A DNA stretch of 64,000 nt, taken from the IMG/VR virus record IMGVR_UViG_3300032069_000750; one strand, given 5' to 3'. The notes below the pieces were generated by a model. It made no database searches and had not been told where the DNA came from. It was given only the letters and a program-made list of their open reading frames with translations. Each line of letters starts with the position of its first letter. Positions within the stretch are counted from its first letter, which is position 1. Of the stretch, positions 1-9,397 are shown one piece after another. Source of the DNA: an uncultured virus (IMG/VR IMGVR_UViG_3300032069_000750) (Duplodnaviria; Heunggongvirae; Uroviricota; Caudoviricetes). The position numbers and the translations under genes are program-made.

Positions 1-1
1 C

Positions 2-142
2 AACACCACCAAACACACCCTGGAGACTCCATGGCTCACGGAGTACACGAATTACTCGTGGCAGGTCGTCGCCTGGGACAACCACGGCGCCTCGACAGCC
101 GGGGCCGTCTGGTACTTCCACACGGAGACCTTTGATCCCTAA
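2..142 (+). CDS. C-terminal fragment of an exported fibronectin-III/Ig-like protein (5' truncated by window)
   Basis: Own translation NTTKHTLETPWLTEYTNYSWQVVAWDNHGASTAGAVWYFHTETFDP*. The YxWxxVAWDNHGAST-G-xWxFxT pattern is typical of Thermoplasmata exported proteins. Confidence 0.65.
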   Translation, partial: NTTKHTLETPWLTEYTNYSWQVVAWDNHGASTAGAVWYFHTETFDP

Positions 143-233
143 AAAAAATCAGGCTGGAGATATCCCCCTAGATAGACCCAGGGCGCGGGGCAGGGGTCGG
201 TGATCCCGGGCCCCGCGATCATTTTTCTTTAAG

Positions 234-416
234 TTATTCCGTGAGGTCTACTATCTCCGCGTCAGCCGCGTGCCTCTGGATCGAAGAAATTGAGTCCCAG
301 CAGCTCTGTTTTTGTTTGTATCCCTCGCTCGCGGCCATTATCTCGCCGTTCGGCGCCACGAAGCGGAACCGCGTCTCGCCTTTCTCGTCTTTGAATATCT
401 CGAATTTATATCCCAT
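234..416 (-). CDS. YegP/DUF1508 (HVO_2922-like) family protein
   Basis: KFEIFKDEKGETRFRFVAPNGEIMAASEGY..KQSC..SI.SI matches the DUF1508 pattern; ATG at 416. Confidence 0.85.
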   Translation of the reverse strand: MGYKFEIFKDEKGETRFRFVAPNGEIMAASEGYKQKQSCWDSISSIQRHAADAEIVDLTE

Positions 417-457
417 GGTTTTTCCTCCTATTTCTTTTTTGTTACCGCCACGACCGT

Positions 458-649
458 TCACTGGTACTCGTTGTTCTCGAGTATCCTGAACGAGATGGTC
501 TTCACATCAAGCCCTCGGGATCTCCACAACTCCATTATCTGGTTCTTGAGCGTCTTGTACTCTCTGCTCATCTCAGCAGCCTCCGCAGGAAAAGAAGGGC
601 GACGACCCCGAGGACGGCCGAGAGCATGATCGCGGTCGCGCAGCAGCAC
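458..649 (-). CDS. Hypothetical protein (true start probably downstream, at MSREYK)
   Basis: ORF in the minus-strand gene run. Confidence 0.35.
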   Translation of the reverse strand: MLLRDRDHALGRPRGRRPSFPAEAAEMSREYKTLKNQIMELWRSRGLDVKTISFRILENNEYQ

Positions 650-663
650 AGCGCGAGTAGCAT

Positions 664-1164
664 CTATCTCAGATCCGTTTTCTCGAGGTACGAGTTCATC
701 CCGGCCGCCCAGCGCACCTCTACGGTGTGGTCCATGTAGGTGTCGTTCCGGTCGTATCTGACGCTGTAGGTCGTGGAGCAGGTCTCGTTCTCGCCGAGGA
801 CCATCCAGGTGAGCGACGGTTCAGCCGAGTACAGTATCGTTCCGTTCTGGTTCCTCACGCGGACGAACACGTTTACGTTGCTCGCGCGCTGCTCCCCGGT
901 GTTCTTGAGCCAGATCTCGACGTTCACGGTGTTGTTTGTCTTCGGGTCGCTGAACCGGTAGAGCTCGACATCCGCAGGCAGTGGTGCCGGCGGCGCCGGC
1001 TGCACTGGCGTCGATTCCCACGGCCAAGGCCCCGTGTGGACAAAGAGGGCCCAGATGATCAATGCGGCGACCGCGATCACCGCGGCCCATTCTATAACAG
1101 CCTTCGCAGCTCCCCCTTTCTTGGGCGGAGTTTTTGCTGCTGCATGCGCTTGTTCTTCAACCAT
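664..1164 (-). CDS. Membrane-anchored Ig-like (CARDB/FxLYD-type) domain protein
   Basis: One N-terminal TM helix, Pro-rich linker, then VEIWLKNTGEQRASNVNVFVRVRN beta-sandwich signature. Confidence 0.65.
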   Translation of the reverse strand: MVEEQAHAAAKTPPKKGGAAKAVIEWAAVIAVAALIIWALFVHTGPWPWESTPVQPAPPAPLPADVELYRFSDPKTNNTVNVEIWLKNTGEQRASNVNVFVRVRNQNGTILYSAEPSLTWMVLGENETCSTTYSVRYDRNDTYMDHTVEVRWAAGMNSYLEKTDLR

Positions 1165-1342
1165 CTTTTTTCACCTTCCTCTTTTTTTTCTTCTCTCTCT
1201 TCAATTTTTTCTGGTACTCGGTGTCTATTACGCCCTGGAGTCCGTCTGTGAATTTCGCGATGCGCTCCAGAGCATTCGCTATCCTCGCGATGTTGTGCCG
1301 ATAGCCAGCGGCCCTAATTTTCTCGTACTCGTCATCGTTCAT
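1157..1342 (-). CDS. Small basic hypothetical protein
   Basis: Overlaps both neighbours; Lys-rich C-terminus. Confidence 0.6.
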   Translation of the reverse strand: MNDDEYEKIRAAGYRHNIARIANALERIAKFTDGLQGVIDTEYQKKLKREKKKKRKVKKDG

Positions 1343-1647
1343 CTGAGCGGCTCCTCAACAGTCTCTTTCTTCATGAAGTTCTTGTCGACATACTGCTTAA
1401 ACTGGCGTACATCTTGAGCGAACAATCCTGCTATTAGACCTATTTGGGGGGACCCTTCGATTTCTGCGGCCACGGCTCTCAGTATAGCCGACAGTATGAA
1501 CGGGGGCATACTTTGTAATGAAGCCAAATCATGAACGGTCTTGTAGAAAGTCATGGCCTGCTCTAGGAAGTCCTTCGCGGATATCTTCTCCCATCTGTTT
1601 TTCCATGCTTTTAGTTCCTCGTCAAGGTTCCTCATAGCGGGTTCCAT
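1339..1647 (-). CDS. Hypothetical protein
   Basis: Helical ORF with a 4-nt overlap to the next gene. Confidence 0.6.
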   Translation of the reverse strand: MEPAMRNLDEELKAWKNRWEKISAKDFLEQAMTFYKTVHDLASLQSMPPFILSAILRAVAAEIEGSPQIGLIAGLFAQDVRQFKQYVDKNFMKKETVEEPLR

Positions 1648-1773
1648 GGCTAGTCCTCCAGATTCTTCAGGAAACTCTCAACTAGGTCCAAGACGCGATC
1701 GGCGATATCGCGCGTCTGTTTTATAATGTCACGGAACTCTCTAAGTTTCTCGAGATTCTCGTCTTTCTCTTTT

Positions 1774-2106
1774 TTATCCATAGGTGTGTCGGTCATCTGA
1801 CTCCTCCGTTTTTTCTTTATCCAATGTGGATTTTAACATCTCGACCACATCCTTAGCGAATACTCTGCTCATATAAATCCTTGTTGTGAGAACGCTTCCG
1901 TCGTTCAGGAGGGGCACCTGCCCGAACATCAGCACGACCTCGTCGTCCTTCTCGAGGGTGCAGAACACGTTTGAGTACGTCGAGTGCTGGATGGTCGCCC
2001 TCGCTGGAGAGACCGGCTCCCGTAAGGGTATTTTTTTTACCGATGACTGCTCTTCTTTTTCGCCCATGGCCTCTGGCCTTACCTTTGCTATTTTCTTGAC
2101 CACCAA
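1774..2106 (-). CDS. DUF3467-like hypothetical protein
   Basis: YSNVFC...DEVVLMFGQ...TRIYMSRVFAK...LKSTLD resembles the DUF3467 pattern. Confidence 0.5.
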   Translation of the reverse strand: MVVKKIAKVRPEAMGEKEEQSSVKKIPLREPVSPARATIQHSTYSNVFCTLEKDDEVVLMFGQVPLLNDGSVLTTRIYMSRVFAKDVVEMLKSTLDKEKTEESDDRHTYG

Positions 2107-2885
2107 TGCCGTTTCCTTGCGTTTCTCTGTAATAACAACTCGGTGGCTCTATCTATCCTCTCTACGAAGTCCATGATTTTTTTGATATCCGCTCCGAAAT
2201 CTGCCTTGCGGGTCTCCCTAAGGCGATCTTCATTGTTCATCTCTTTATCAAAGAGATATTTTTTCCATGCGAGGATCTCCATGGGTGTGAGCCTCAGTTC
2301 CACTCCGTCAACGACAAGTATGTGCTTCTCTTCTTCCTTTGGCGTCTCAAGCTTTCTTTCAAGGAGCATCCGCTCTTTTTTGATTCTTGCTAGTTGGAAT
2401 AATTTTGCTTCCTCAGTCAGTGATGAGTCAAGCGTTTTTCCCTCCAGTTTTTTTTCATCTCCTTGTATTTCTTCTTGGTCGTCTTTTAGTACTTTGTCGG
2501 AGGATATTCCGAGTGTTTGTGCCCAATTCTGTAAAATAAGTTTCGAGTCGGTTACCCGAAAATCAGCGAGGCGGAGCGCCTCAGCAAGCACCTCAAAGCT
2601 TCTCTTCGGATCATCTATATGTGGTTTGACCATGCGTATGATAGCAGGTATTTTTCTGCTTTGAGACACTTCTCGTAAAATCTTTTCAAGAACATCCGAC
2701 ATCTCTAATCTATCGGTTTCGGAGGTTTTTTCGTTGGTTCTCTGCTTTTTGCGTATTGGGCAATCGTACTGATAGTGACGCATTAGCGCCGCCTGACCTT
2801 CGGGGTTACATTCATAAGAAGCCCCACATCCGTATTTACAAGTAAGCTTTTTCTCTTTTTTTATTTTTTTATCCATAGTATTCAC
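2088..2885 (-). CDS. Zn-finger/coiled-coil protein, paralogue of 21846..23309
   Basis: Shares CKYGCGAxY...GQAALMRHYxYxCP, SFEVLAEALR, LILxNWA and LTPxExLAWKK with the longer copy. Confidence 0.75.
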   Translation of the reverse strand: MNTMDKKIKKEKKLTCKYGCGASYECNPEGQAALMRHYQYDCPIRKKQRTNEKTSETDRLEMSDVLEKILREVSQSRKIPAIIRMVKPHIDDPKRSFEVLAEALRLADFRVTDSKLILQNWAQTLGISSDKVLKDDQEEIQGDEKKLEGKTLDSSLTEEAKLFQLARIKKERMLLERKLETPKEEEKHILVVDGVELRLTPMEILAWKKYLFDKEMNNEDRLRETRKADFGADIKKIMDFVERIDRATELLLQRNARKRHWWSRK

Positions 2886-2888
2886 TCC

Positions 2889-3116
2889 TTATTTTAGTTT
2901 CCTGACCACGATGTGTTCAATTATGCCGTCTGACATCTCAGCAGGCCCCATGTCGACCGATTTCTCCTCGTGCGGACAGTCGGCTTTCCTGCAGCAGGCG
3001 AATATTCCGCCAGCGTAGTTCACCTGGCCGACGATGATCGCGCCGCACTCGAAGCAGTGCTCGTCTATCTGCTTAATCTGGGCGCCGACGGACATGAGAT
3101 AGAGGTTTTCTACCAT
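2889..3116 (-). CDS. Small Cys-rich (Zn-binding) protein
   Basis: CFEC...CCRKADC. Confidence 0.6.
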   Translation of the reverse strand: MVENLYLMSVGAQIKQIDEHCFECGAIIVGQVNYAGGIFACCRKADCPHEEKSVDMGPAEMSDGIIEHIVVRKLK

Positions 3117-3129
3117 TGGTTACTTCACC

Positions 3130-3456
3130 TTATTTATGTCCAAACAGTTTTCCTTGTAGAACTGTTAAGCACTCAACTGATTTTTTGCAGTTGTTACAAT
3201 AAAAAAGGCTACCTAACAACATATCGTTATGCAATGCTTGAAGTGTTCTGCATTCGGGGCAAACTGCAATTACTATCTCGTCTGCCTCTTTAAAATTTAC
3301 CATCGCTTTTTCCTCCTTTACTTTTTCACGCAACTTCTGGATTCTATTGATACAGTATTTTACATCTCCGTCTAAATCGGGGTCAAATACAAGTTGATTA
3401 TTAAGATATTTTAACTCGTCATCCAACAGTTTTATGAACTTCTCTTTTTCATTCAT
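3130..3456 (-). CDS. Zn-ribbon protein
   Basis: CPEC...CNNC. Confidence 0.6.
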   Translation of the reverse strand: MNEKEKFIKLLDDELKYLNNQLVFDPDLDGDVKYCINRIQKLREKVKEEKAMVNFKEADEIVIAVCPECRTLQALHNDMLLGSLFYCNNCKKSVECLTVLQGKLFGHK

Positions 3457-3650
3457 GAGTATTTCTGCTCCCTTTTCTCTTTCTCATGGGCTTTAAGGCC
3501 GTTGACGATCAGCAGTCGGGCTGCGTCAGACCACGAGCCGAGGTGCATTTCATCGCGAAAACTCTCGATGTCTTTGTCCAAGCTCGCGTCCACTCGTAAG
3601 CCCCTTTTCTTGTCCCCTTGTATGTCTTTTTGGGTCATTAAATCCGACAA
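3453..3650 (-). CDS. Ribbon-helix-helix-like DNA-binding protein
   Basis: GLRVDASLDKDIESF...SWSDAARLLIVNGL; lies next to an AT-rich divergent promoter region (3690-3740). Confidence 0.65.
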   Translation of the reverse strand: MSDLMTQKDIQGDKKRGLRVDASLDKDIESFRDEMHLGSWSDAARLLIVNGLKAHEKEKREQKYS

Positions 3651-3808
3651 AGAATGTCTCTCTCCTTATAAAATCTTTCGGTTAATTCTCTTAACCGAAA
3701 CGCTTTAATATTATATATCTATTATAATAAAATAATGAAAAAGAGAATATTGGTAGAACTTGAGATAACCACTACCGATGAACTGTACATCCTCCGATGG
3801 ATTAGATC

Positions 3809-4060
3809 ATGCAAATGGGTAAAGTCAGCTTATCGCCTGGTGAAGAAATGAGGGATCGGTACGATTTCACCTGCCCGGCCTGCGGGCACGAGCAGCAGGC
3901 GAGGCCGTCGCTCGGCATGCGGGAGATGGGCGTGAACGACGGCCATATCCACTGTAAGAACTGCGGGCGGTTCCTGCACCTGAGGATAGCGCCGGACATC
4001 GACGGGGACCGCATGGAGGCTATGGATTGGGACGAGTACCTGAAGAACAGGAAGGAGTGA
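3809..4060 (+). CDS. Zn-ribbon protein
   Basis: CPACG...CKNCG. Confidence 0.65.
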   Translation: MQMGKVSLSPGEEMRDRYDFTCPACGHEQQARPSLGMREMGVNDGHIHCKNCGRFLHLRIAPDIDGDRMEAMDWDEYLKNRKE

Positions 4061-4064
4061 AAAA

Positions 4065-4487
4065 ATGAAAAGGATAATGTCGATATTATTCCTGCTCATC
4101 GTTTTAGTGCCAGCTTGTTGTGCAAGTGAACAGATTTTCTATGATTCAGATGTTCTTATTGTCGGTAAGTGTAGAACTATTTGTTCATCAGCTCAGGGGT
4201 TGTGGCTAGGCGGATTATTCCAGGGATATCTTCCCTATGCTGGAATGGGAACAGATAACGAAAAAGGAGAGGCCGTAAGAGTATCCATTAGTAATAGCTC
4301 TTCCTTTGAATATAAATGGCATTCGAGTGACATTACTGTTTTTACAATAAACTCCACGGGAACTTTTTTTTGGCGTAAAAGTATCTCTTTTAATGGCATC
4401 CATTTCTCTCTCTTTTGCCCATTTATTTTTATTAGATGTCACTCTGAACTTATACGTGTTACCAATCCAAACTCAACACTGGAGTGA
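4065..4487 (+). CDS. Exported beta-rich hypothetical protein
   Basis: Signal peptide MKRIMSILFLLIVLVPACCA. Confidence 0.6.
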   Translation: MKRIMSILFLLIVLVPACCASEQIFYDSDVLIVGKCRTICSSAQGLWLGGLFQGYLPYAGMGTDNEKGEAVRVSISNSSSFEYKWHSSDITVFTINSTGTFFWRKSISFNGIHFSLFCPFIFIRCHSELIRVTNPNSTLE

Positions 4488-4690
4488 AAAAAATGAAGGA
4501 AGGCGAGAGGGGTTTTAAGGTAACAGTAGACACTTTCAAGGAACAGATAATCACTGGCAAGGAAATTAATCTGTCGGCAATTAGTAAAGGCGAGGTGGCC
4601 ATGTTGCTCTTGGAACTTGAGCATGTCAAGGAGCTATTGCTAAAAATATCAAATGCGATCCCTTCCGCTTATAGGTCTGTGAAGAAATGA
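4484..4690 (+). CDS. Hypothetical protein, similar to 20142..20369
   Basis: TVDT...KEINL...GEVAMLLLELEHVKELL versus TVDT...KDIKM...GEISFMIFEMERIKNEL. Confidence 0.6.
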   Translation: MKKMKEGERGFKVTVDTFKEQIITGKEINLSAISKGEVAMLLLELEHVKELLLKISNAIPSAYRSVKK

Positions 4691-4887
4691 TGTACGAGTG
4701 CGGTAATTGTGGCAATAAATCAGATGGGCTGATCATTGATCGTTCCCTTGAAGAGAACTCCAGGGGTAAAAGTGACTTTGGTGTCACTCCAATGGGGGAG
4801 ATCTATTGTCTAAAATGTGATTCACGGAATATTATTGTTGGGATGTCTCAGGAAGAATTGTCCTGCGTTAGACGGGTGAAAAAATGA
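4687..4887 (+). CDS. Zn-ribbon protein
   Basis: CGNCG...CLKCDSRNI. Confidence 0.65.
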   Translation: MMYECGNCGNKSDGLIIDRSLEENSRGKSDFGVTPMGEIYCLKCDSRNIIVGMSQEELSCVRRVKK

Positions 4888-5102
4888 TCAAGAAATGTAA
4901 TTTCAGAACACATGGCATCTATTCAATTCCCGCACCGTCCGAGGATTGCCCAAAAATGTACTGTTCTATGAAAACCCACGATACCGCACTGAGCAAGGAC
5001 GGAAAGACTATTGACTGTTTTGTGAAGGTTAATTCTCTTTGCGACGGCGAGGATAAGTGCATTCTGTATCAGATCTACAGGTATGTTTTTAATCATCTCT
5101 AG
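4884..5102 (+). CDS. Cys-rich hypothetical protein
   Basis: ATGA-coupled ORF with 6 Cys. Confidence 0.55.
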   Translation: MIKKCNFRTHGIYSIPAPSEDCPKMYCSMKTHDTALSKDGKTIDCFVKVNSLCDGEDKCILYQIYRYVFNHL

Positions 5103-5251
5103 GGTGAAAAAATGAAGTACAATGTGGAACTGCACAAGATAATCTTTACTGAGATGGAGGCGGAAGGCTTTCAAAAATTAGTGAAGAAAGTTAAGAAACA
5201 ATATCCTGATCACATCTTTTATGGATGTAAGACAATAGGTTAGGTGAAAAA

Positions 5252-5518
5252 ATGAGCGAAGAGAAGTCGTGCTGGATATGCAGGCGGACCGAGTCGGAGA
5301 TCCTGAAACAATCGGAAGCGGACGACATGGGCGAGTACATAGGCTACCCCGGAGACAAGGTCCATTTCACCGAGATAAGTGGCATCTACGAGGGAAAATT
5401 CAAGAAGAACATCTGCCCGGTGTGCTACTGGATATTCATAAAGATGACCCACGCGGGGATCAAGGAGATGATCAAGGGGGACGTTTTCGGGTTGGCCATC
5501 GGAGAGGAGTACCCATGA
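5252..5518 (+). CDS. C4 Zn-finger protein
   Basis: CWICRRTE...ICPVC; GGTGA RBS upstream. Confidence 0.65.
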   Translation: MSEEKSCWICRRTESEILKQSEADDMGEYIGYPGDKVHFTEISGIYEGKFKKNICPVCYWIFIKMTHAGIKEMIKGDVFGLAIGEEYP

Positions 5519-5730
5519 CCGACTTTGTCGACCTGAAAATAAAGGATCTCACGATATCCGAGGCTAAAGAGATACTATTGAAATTGAGGGAGATCGAGAG
5601 GAGGGACCCAGGGAGGTTCTTCTTCGCGCAGATCCTCGGCCTCGAGCACAAGTCCCTGAGGGAGGCCGAGGAGATCCTGAAGGACGTCTTCCCTGGCCGC
5701 CTGGGGACGCTCCTGGGGGTAAAAATATGA
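5515..5730 (+). CDS. Hypothetical protein
   Basis: ATGA-coupled start MTDFVDLK inside the track ORF 5269..5730. Confidence 0.6.
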   Translation: MTDFVDLKIKDLTISEAKEILLKLREIERRDPGRFFFAQILGLEHKSLREAEEILKDVFPGRLGTLLGVKI

Positions 5731-5921
5731 GCGTGCTTTCAAGACTCCTGGGATTTCTGCTTTGTACTACTCCCTTCATCCTCGGGTGGCTGCTCTTTCA
5801 GTTTTTGAACCCGACCGATTTCCTGAGTCGGTTCATGACGCTCCTGCTAGTCGTCATAATCTGTTGCACGGAGGGGATCTTCGCGTGGATCATCGGGCTG
5901 TCACTGTTATTCACGGGGTGA
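5727..5921 (+). CDS. Small two-TM membrane protein
   Basis: Two hydrophobic segments. Confidence 0.6.
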   Translation: MSVLSRLLGFLLCTTPFILGWLLFQFLNPTDFLSRFMTLLLVVIICCTEGIFAWIIGLSLLFTG

Positions 5922-6150
5922 AAAAAAAATCAGGATACGATATCGTTGGAGCGGGCGGGGGGCAACGGACATGCCGGAATCCGAACAGAAAATCCCAGAC
6001 AAACCTCTTATTCTGTCAAGATGCCCCCGGCTGGCCGCCCGGACCCGCCCGTTCCCCTAGGCAAAATCCCCTGGGGAGGCATTTCTTTCTTTTCCTCCCT
6101 AGAAAACAGAGTTTTTTCTCTCCGGGGGATGCTTAATAGGATGATGGACT

Positions 6151-6489
6151 ATGAAAGAGATAGACCCGGAAAAAATTAAGGAGATCAACAAGCTGATGGA
6201 CATCAAGAGATGCCTCGAGGAGCTGTCGAAGGTGAAGATAACCTACTATGGGCTGAAGACCCTCACACCTGACGGCAAGTACCCGCTCTTCGTCGCGTGG
6301 AACCACAAGCACCCCATACTGGGGATAGGGACGCCCGAGAAGCTCGGAACCTACCACGAGAGGTACTTCGACCTTCCCATGGATGTCGGGCTGGCCATCG
6401 AGATCCTCCTGGGAAACGTTGAGGACACCCAGGACTTCGACAACCAGATAAAAGAGGCGTTCAGGAGGAAAAACGATGCCGATAAATGA
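6151..6489 (+). CDS. Hypothetical protein
   Basis: ORF with codon usage typical of the element. Confidence 0.6.
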   Translation: MKEIDPEKIKEINKLMDIKRCLEELSKVKITYYGLKTLTPDGKYPLFVAWNHKHPILGIGTPEKLGTYHERYFDLPMDVGLAIEILLGNVEDTQDFDNQIKEAFRRKNDADK

Positions 6490-6850
6490 GAGAACCATAC
6501 GCTTTGACATTGATCGAAGAATGATGCCTCTAAGCAAGGGAACTATAATGTTTGACATTGATTTTGGTAATCTTGAGAAGGCTATCAGATGGACGAATCG
6601 CATCAATGCGGCATTAAAAGAGAAGTGCTGTGTGATCTGCGGCATCAGGGGCGGAGAATATCTATTAACCTGCTCTGAGAAATGCCATAATCGGCTAATG
6701 AAGGAATATATCGAGGACTTCGGGCCGTACAAGGACATCACTGACGCTGAGACCGGCAAGACCCACCGAGTGCCGACCGAGGTGATCTTCGAGCATGGAA
6801 TCGGGCAACAGGATCTCAAGAACTATCCAGTTGCGGAGAAAGATCAATGA
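6476..6850 (+). CDS. Zn-finger (CxxC...CSxxC) hypothetical protein
   Basis: CVICG...TCSEKC. Confidence 0.6.
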   Translation: MPINERTIRFDIDRRMMPLSKGTIMFDIDFGNLEKAIRWTNRINAALKEKCCVICGIRGGEYLLTCSEKCHNRLMKEYIEDFGPYKDITDAETGKTHRVPTEVIFEHGIGQQDLKNYPVAEKDQ

Positions 6851-7044
6851 ACTATACTCCTTTTATCTCTAAGGATTACATTCTCTGGGTTATCAAGGAG
6901 TATGGTTCTGATCATCATATTATTAGCTCAAATTGCCAAGGAAATCCAGTTAAAGAAGGGGACTATGTTTTTGACTATGGAACCGCTAAAGAATTGTTGG
7001 AGAATCTCTATGAAGAAAATAAAGCTCGTGCTGACCAAGTTTGA
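6847..7044 (+). CDS. Hypothetical protein, paralogue of 40749..40910
   Basis: SKDYILWV...SSNCQGNPVKEGDYVFDYG. Confidence 0.65.
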   Translation: MNYTPFISKDYILWVIKEYGSDHHIISSNCQGNPVKEGDYVFDYGTAKELLENLYEENKARADQV

Positions 7045-7160
7045 GGCGAAGACATGGCGGAACCTCGAGTACCTGCTCCCCGTGGACGCCTCGAAGCGCA
7101 GCGCGCTCAACCGCATAGCGAAAAAGATAGACGCGGAATTGAATAAAAAGTGATCAGAGC

Positions 7161-7316
7161 ATGGCCGATAAAAAAGTGATCGCTTACAAGGTTTATCAGT
7201 GCAAACTTTGCCCCGAAACGAGGGAAGATCCCGATGCGATGTCGGAGCACCTCATGGAAAAACACGGGATAAGGTGCATAGAAAGATACAACGATGTCTT
7301 TTACGACGGAACGTAA
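7161..7316 (+). CDS. C2H2-type Zn-finger protein (51 aa, not in ORF track)
   Basis: Own translation MADKKVIAYKVYQCKLCPETREDPDAMSEHLMEKHG... Confidence 0.6.
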   Translation: MADKKVIAYKVYQCKLCPETREDPDAMSEHLMEKHGIRCIERYNDVFYDGT

Positions 7317-7354
7317 ATGATTTTAACCACCATGGCTTAGATATTCTGATTGTT

Positions 7355-7711
7355 ATGGTTGAACGCGGAGAAGATATCGAAAAGAGCGCGACGGAGAGCC
7401 TCATTGATCAAAAGATGAAAACGATCATTAACCTCACGGAGAGATCCCTCGAGGAGTTCAAGGGGACGATGCAGAAATGCGACTTCTACAACAGCCTAAA
7501 GGCTTATATGAACATCGAGCATTTCCTCCAGGAGGGCAAGAGCAGCACCTACGAGCTCATGAACGTGGACAAGGGACGGGGGGAGGCGGCCCTGAGGGAC
7601 GTCGAGGCTCTCGAGCAGAGGGCCTACCAGATGTCGGAGAACCTCGCGAAGAACTGCAGGTGCGAGCAGCGCGAGGCTTTCAAGTACGTGGAGAAGCTTC
7701 CGAAGGAATAA
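7355..7711 (+). CDS. Helical hypothetical protein preceded by the conserved promoter motif
   Basis: ATG 7355 lies ~23 nt after TTTAACCACCA (7322-7332). Confidence 0.6.
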   Translation: MVERGEDIEKSATESLIDQKMKTIINLTERSLEEFKGTMQKCDFYNSLKAYMNIEHFLQEGKSSTYELMNVDKGRGEAALRDVEALEQRAYQMSENLAKNCRCEQREAFKYVEKLPKE

Positions 7712-7743
7712 AACTTTTATAGCCACCTGACAATACTTTTTCT

Positions 7744-8373
7744 GTGAGTGAGAGAGACGAAAAATTCGACCTACAAGAAGCTATGAAGCTATCGGATGCG
7801 CTCAAGGCCGTAGAGACCTGCCAGAGTGCGCTCGCCCTGGACGCCCTGAAGGGCGCCATAGACCGCAGAATCACCGAAATTGAACAAAAGGGGCTAAAGA
7901 CCGAACAAAAGCCGCGGAAATCGGGACAAACGCCCCGAAAAAGTGAACGGGGCGGGAGACCCGACGGGTCCCTGAGCCCCCTGAACTTCCTCGATGTCAT
8001 CCTGAGGGACGCGAAGGAGCCTTTTACCAATAAGGACGTGTCCGACATTCTGTACAATCACTACAAGAGGACCCTTAACCACGAGATAGGCCGGGGCTCG
8101 GCAGAATCGTACGCCTACACCTGCATCAAACGCATGCTGTCGAAGAACATGATCGAGGAGGCGGGGAAGCAGAAGCACGAGGGGATCGGGCGGTGCGCCA
8201 CGCTCTATAAAAAAAAACCTAAAAAGATAGCCCCCGAGGGAGCGAAGGACGGCATCTACGAGGCCGCCGACGACGGGAAGAAGAGGCTCAGGGAGGATCT
8301 CGGTCTCGAGCGGGAGCTGTGCGACTCGGGCCACTTCGAGGACGTGCCAGAGGTGACGGACGGTGGTGCGTAG
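7744..8373 (+). CDS. Putative winged-helix DNA-binding protein
   Basis: PFTNKDVSDILY...YTCIKRMLSKNMIEEAG...LY fits wHTH topology. Confidence 0.5.
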   Translation: MSERDEKFDLQEAMKLSDALKAVETCQSALALDALKGAIDRRITEIEQKGLKTEQKPRKSGQTPRKSERGGRPDGSLSPLNFLDVILRDAKEPFTNKDVSDILYNHYKRTLNHEIGRGSAESYAYTCIKRMLSKNMIEEAGKQKHEGIGRCATLYKKKPKKIAPEGAKDGIYEAADDGKKRLREDLGLERELCDSGHFEDVPEVTDGGA

Positions 8374-8614
8374 GACCAACGTCGAGCTCATCACCGACGC
8401 GATCGGGGCCATGGATAGGGCCACCACGAGCGAGATCATCGCGTGGATCGAGCGTCAGGGCTGCAAGTCCCCTCCCCCGCGGGTCGTGAGCCAGATATGC
8501 AGCTGCCTGTCAGTCATAAAGAAGACGGGGATGAAGGGCGCGTTCGTCGTCTGGGGCAAGGCGGACGACTTCGAGGAGAAACTAAAGAAAACAAAAACCA
8601 AGGGCTTACCGTGA
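8363..8614 (+). CDS. Small putative wHTH protein
   Basis: ATTSEIIAWI...PRVVSQIC...VVW. Confidence 0.5.
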   Translation: MVRRTNVELITDAIGAMDRATTSEIIAWIERQGCKSPPPRVVSQICSCLSVIKKTGMKGAFVVWGKADDFEEKLKKTKTKGLP

Positions 8615-9391
8615 GCCCCAGGCCATGTAATACCCCTTGACGGTCCCACCCGCTACTGTTTTACTTATTCCAAAAGAAGCAAGAGCGGGTGTTTGGGTTA
8701 ATTGTACTCCTCCGTCTATTATCTGAGCGGCCCCTATTCCACAGACGATAACGGTTGGTGGAGCTGTGAACGCCATTCTATAATAATAATATCTTCTTAT
8801 CCATGTTATAGTCCCCATCCTCCCGAACTCGAGATGCTGCTGGAATTTAGGCTCTGAAACGCTAGCGTCTGCTATTTTAGGCGTGGTGACTGCATTATCA
8901 GCTATCTTTTTATCGTCGACTGCCTCGTCGGCTATCTTCGGATTGTCGACTGCAAGAGGGCCTATTTTGCCACTGGTGACTGCCTCATCGGCTATCTTGT
9001 CTCCATATACTGCCCCGTCGGCTATCTTCGAATTGTCGACTGCAAGAGGGCCTATTTTGCCACTGGTGACTGCCTCCTCGGCTATCTTGTCTGCATATAC
9101 CGCATTAGCGTAGATGTTCGCTGACCCCACCGCGGGCTTGTAGAGCTGCGACGAGCCCACGGATGGCTCCTTAAGCTGCGTCGTGCCGATGGTGTTCGGT
9201 CCAGGGGCCGCCCCTCCGAGGGACCCCTGCAGGCCGGTCGTGAGCTCTGCGTAACCAATGATCCCGTCCTTGATCTGGGCGGCATAAGATACTGCGTTGT
9301 TCGCGAGGTGCTGGGAACCAATGATGTGTGTGCCTATCTCCGCCTGCTCCACTCTGCCTTCACGGAATTTTATCTGCATGGGCATAATCAT
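8606..9391 (-). CDS. Fibre/spike protein with KIAD-type repeat shaft and C-terminal gp53/H-lectin-like domain
   Basis: (A/G)V-x-x-KIAD repeats, TTGLQGSL motif, C-terminal F..PPTVIV...YMAWG. Confidence 0.7.
   Translation of the reverse strand: MIMPMQIKFREGRVEQAEIGTHIIGSQHLANNAVSYAAQIKDGIIGYAELTTGLQGSLGGAAPGPNTIGTTQLKEPSVGSSQLYKPAVGSANIYANAVYADKIAEEAVTSGKIGPLAVDNSKIADGAVYGDKIADEAVTSGKIGPLAVDNPKIADEAVDDKKIADNAVTTPKIADASVSEPKFQQHLEFGRMGTITWIRRYYYYRMAFTAPPTVIVCGIGAAQIIDGGVQLTQTPALASFGISKTVAGGTVKGYYMAWGSR
8931..9092. repeat. Intragenic direct repeat, two ~72-nt copies with a 90-nt period
   Basis: gctatcttcg(g/a)attgtcgactgcaagagggcctattttgccactggtgactgcctc at 8931 and 9021. Confidence 0.85.
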
Positions 9392-9397
9392 CTAACC

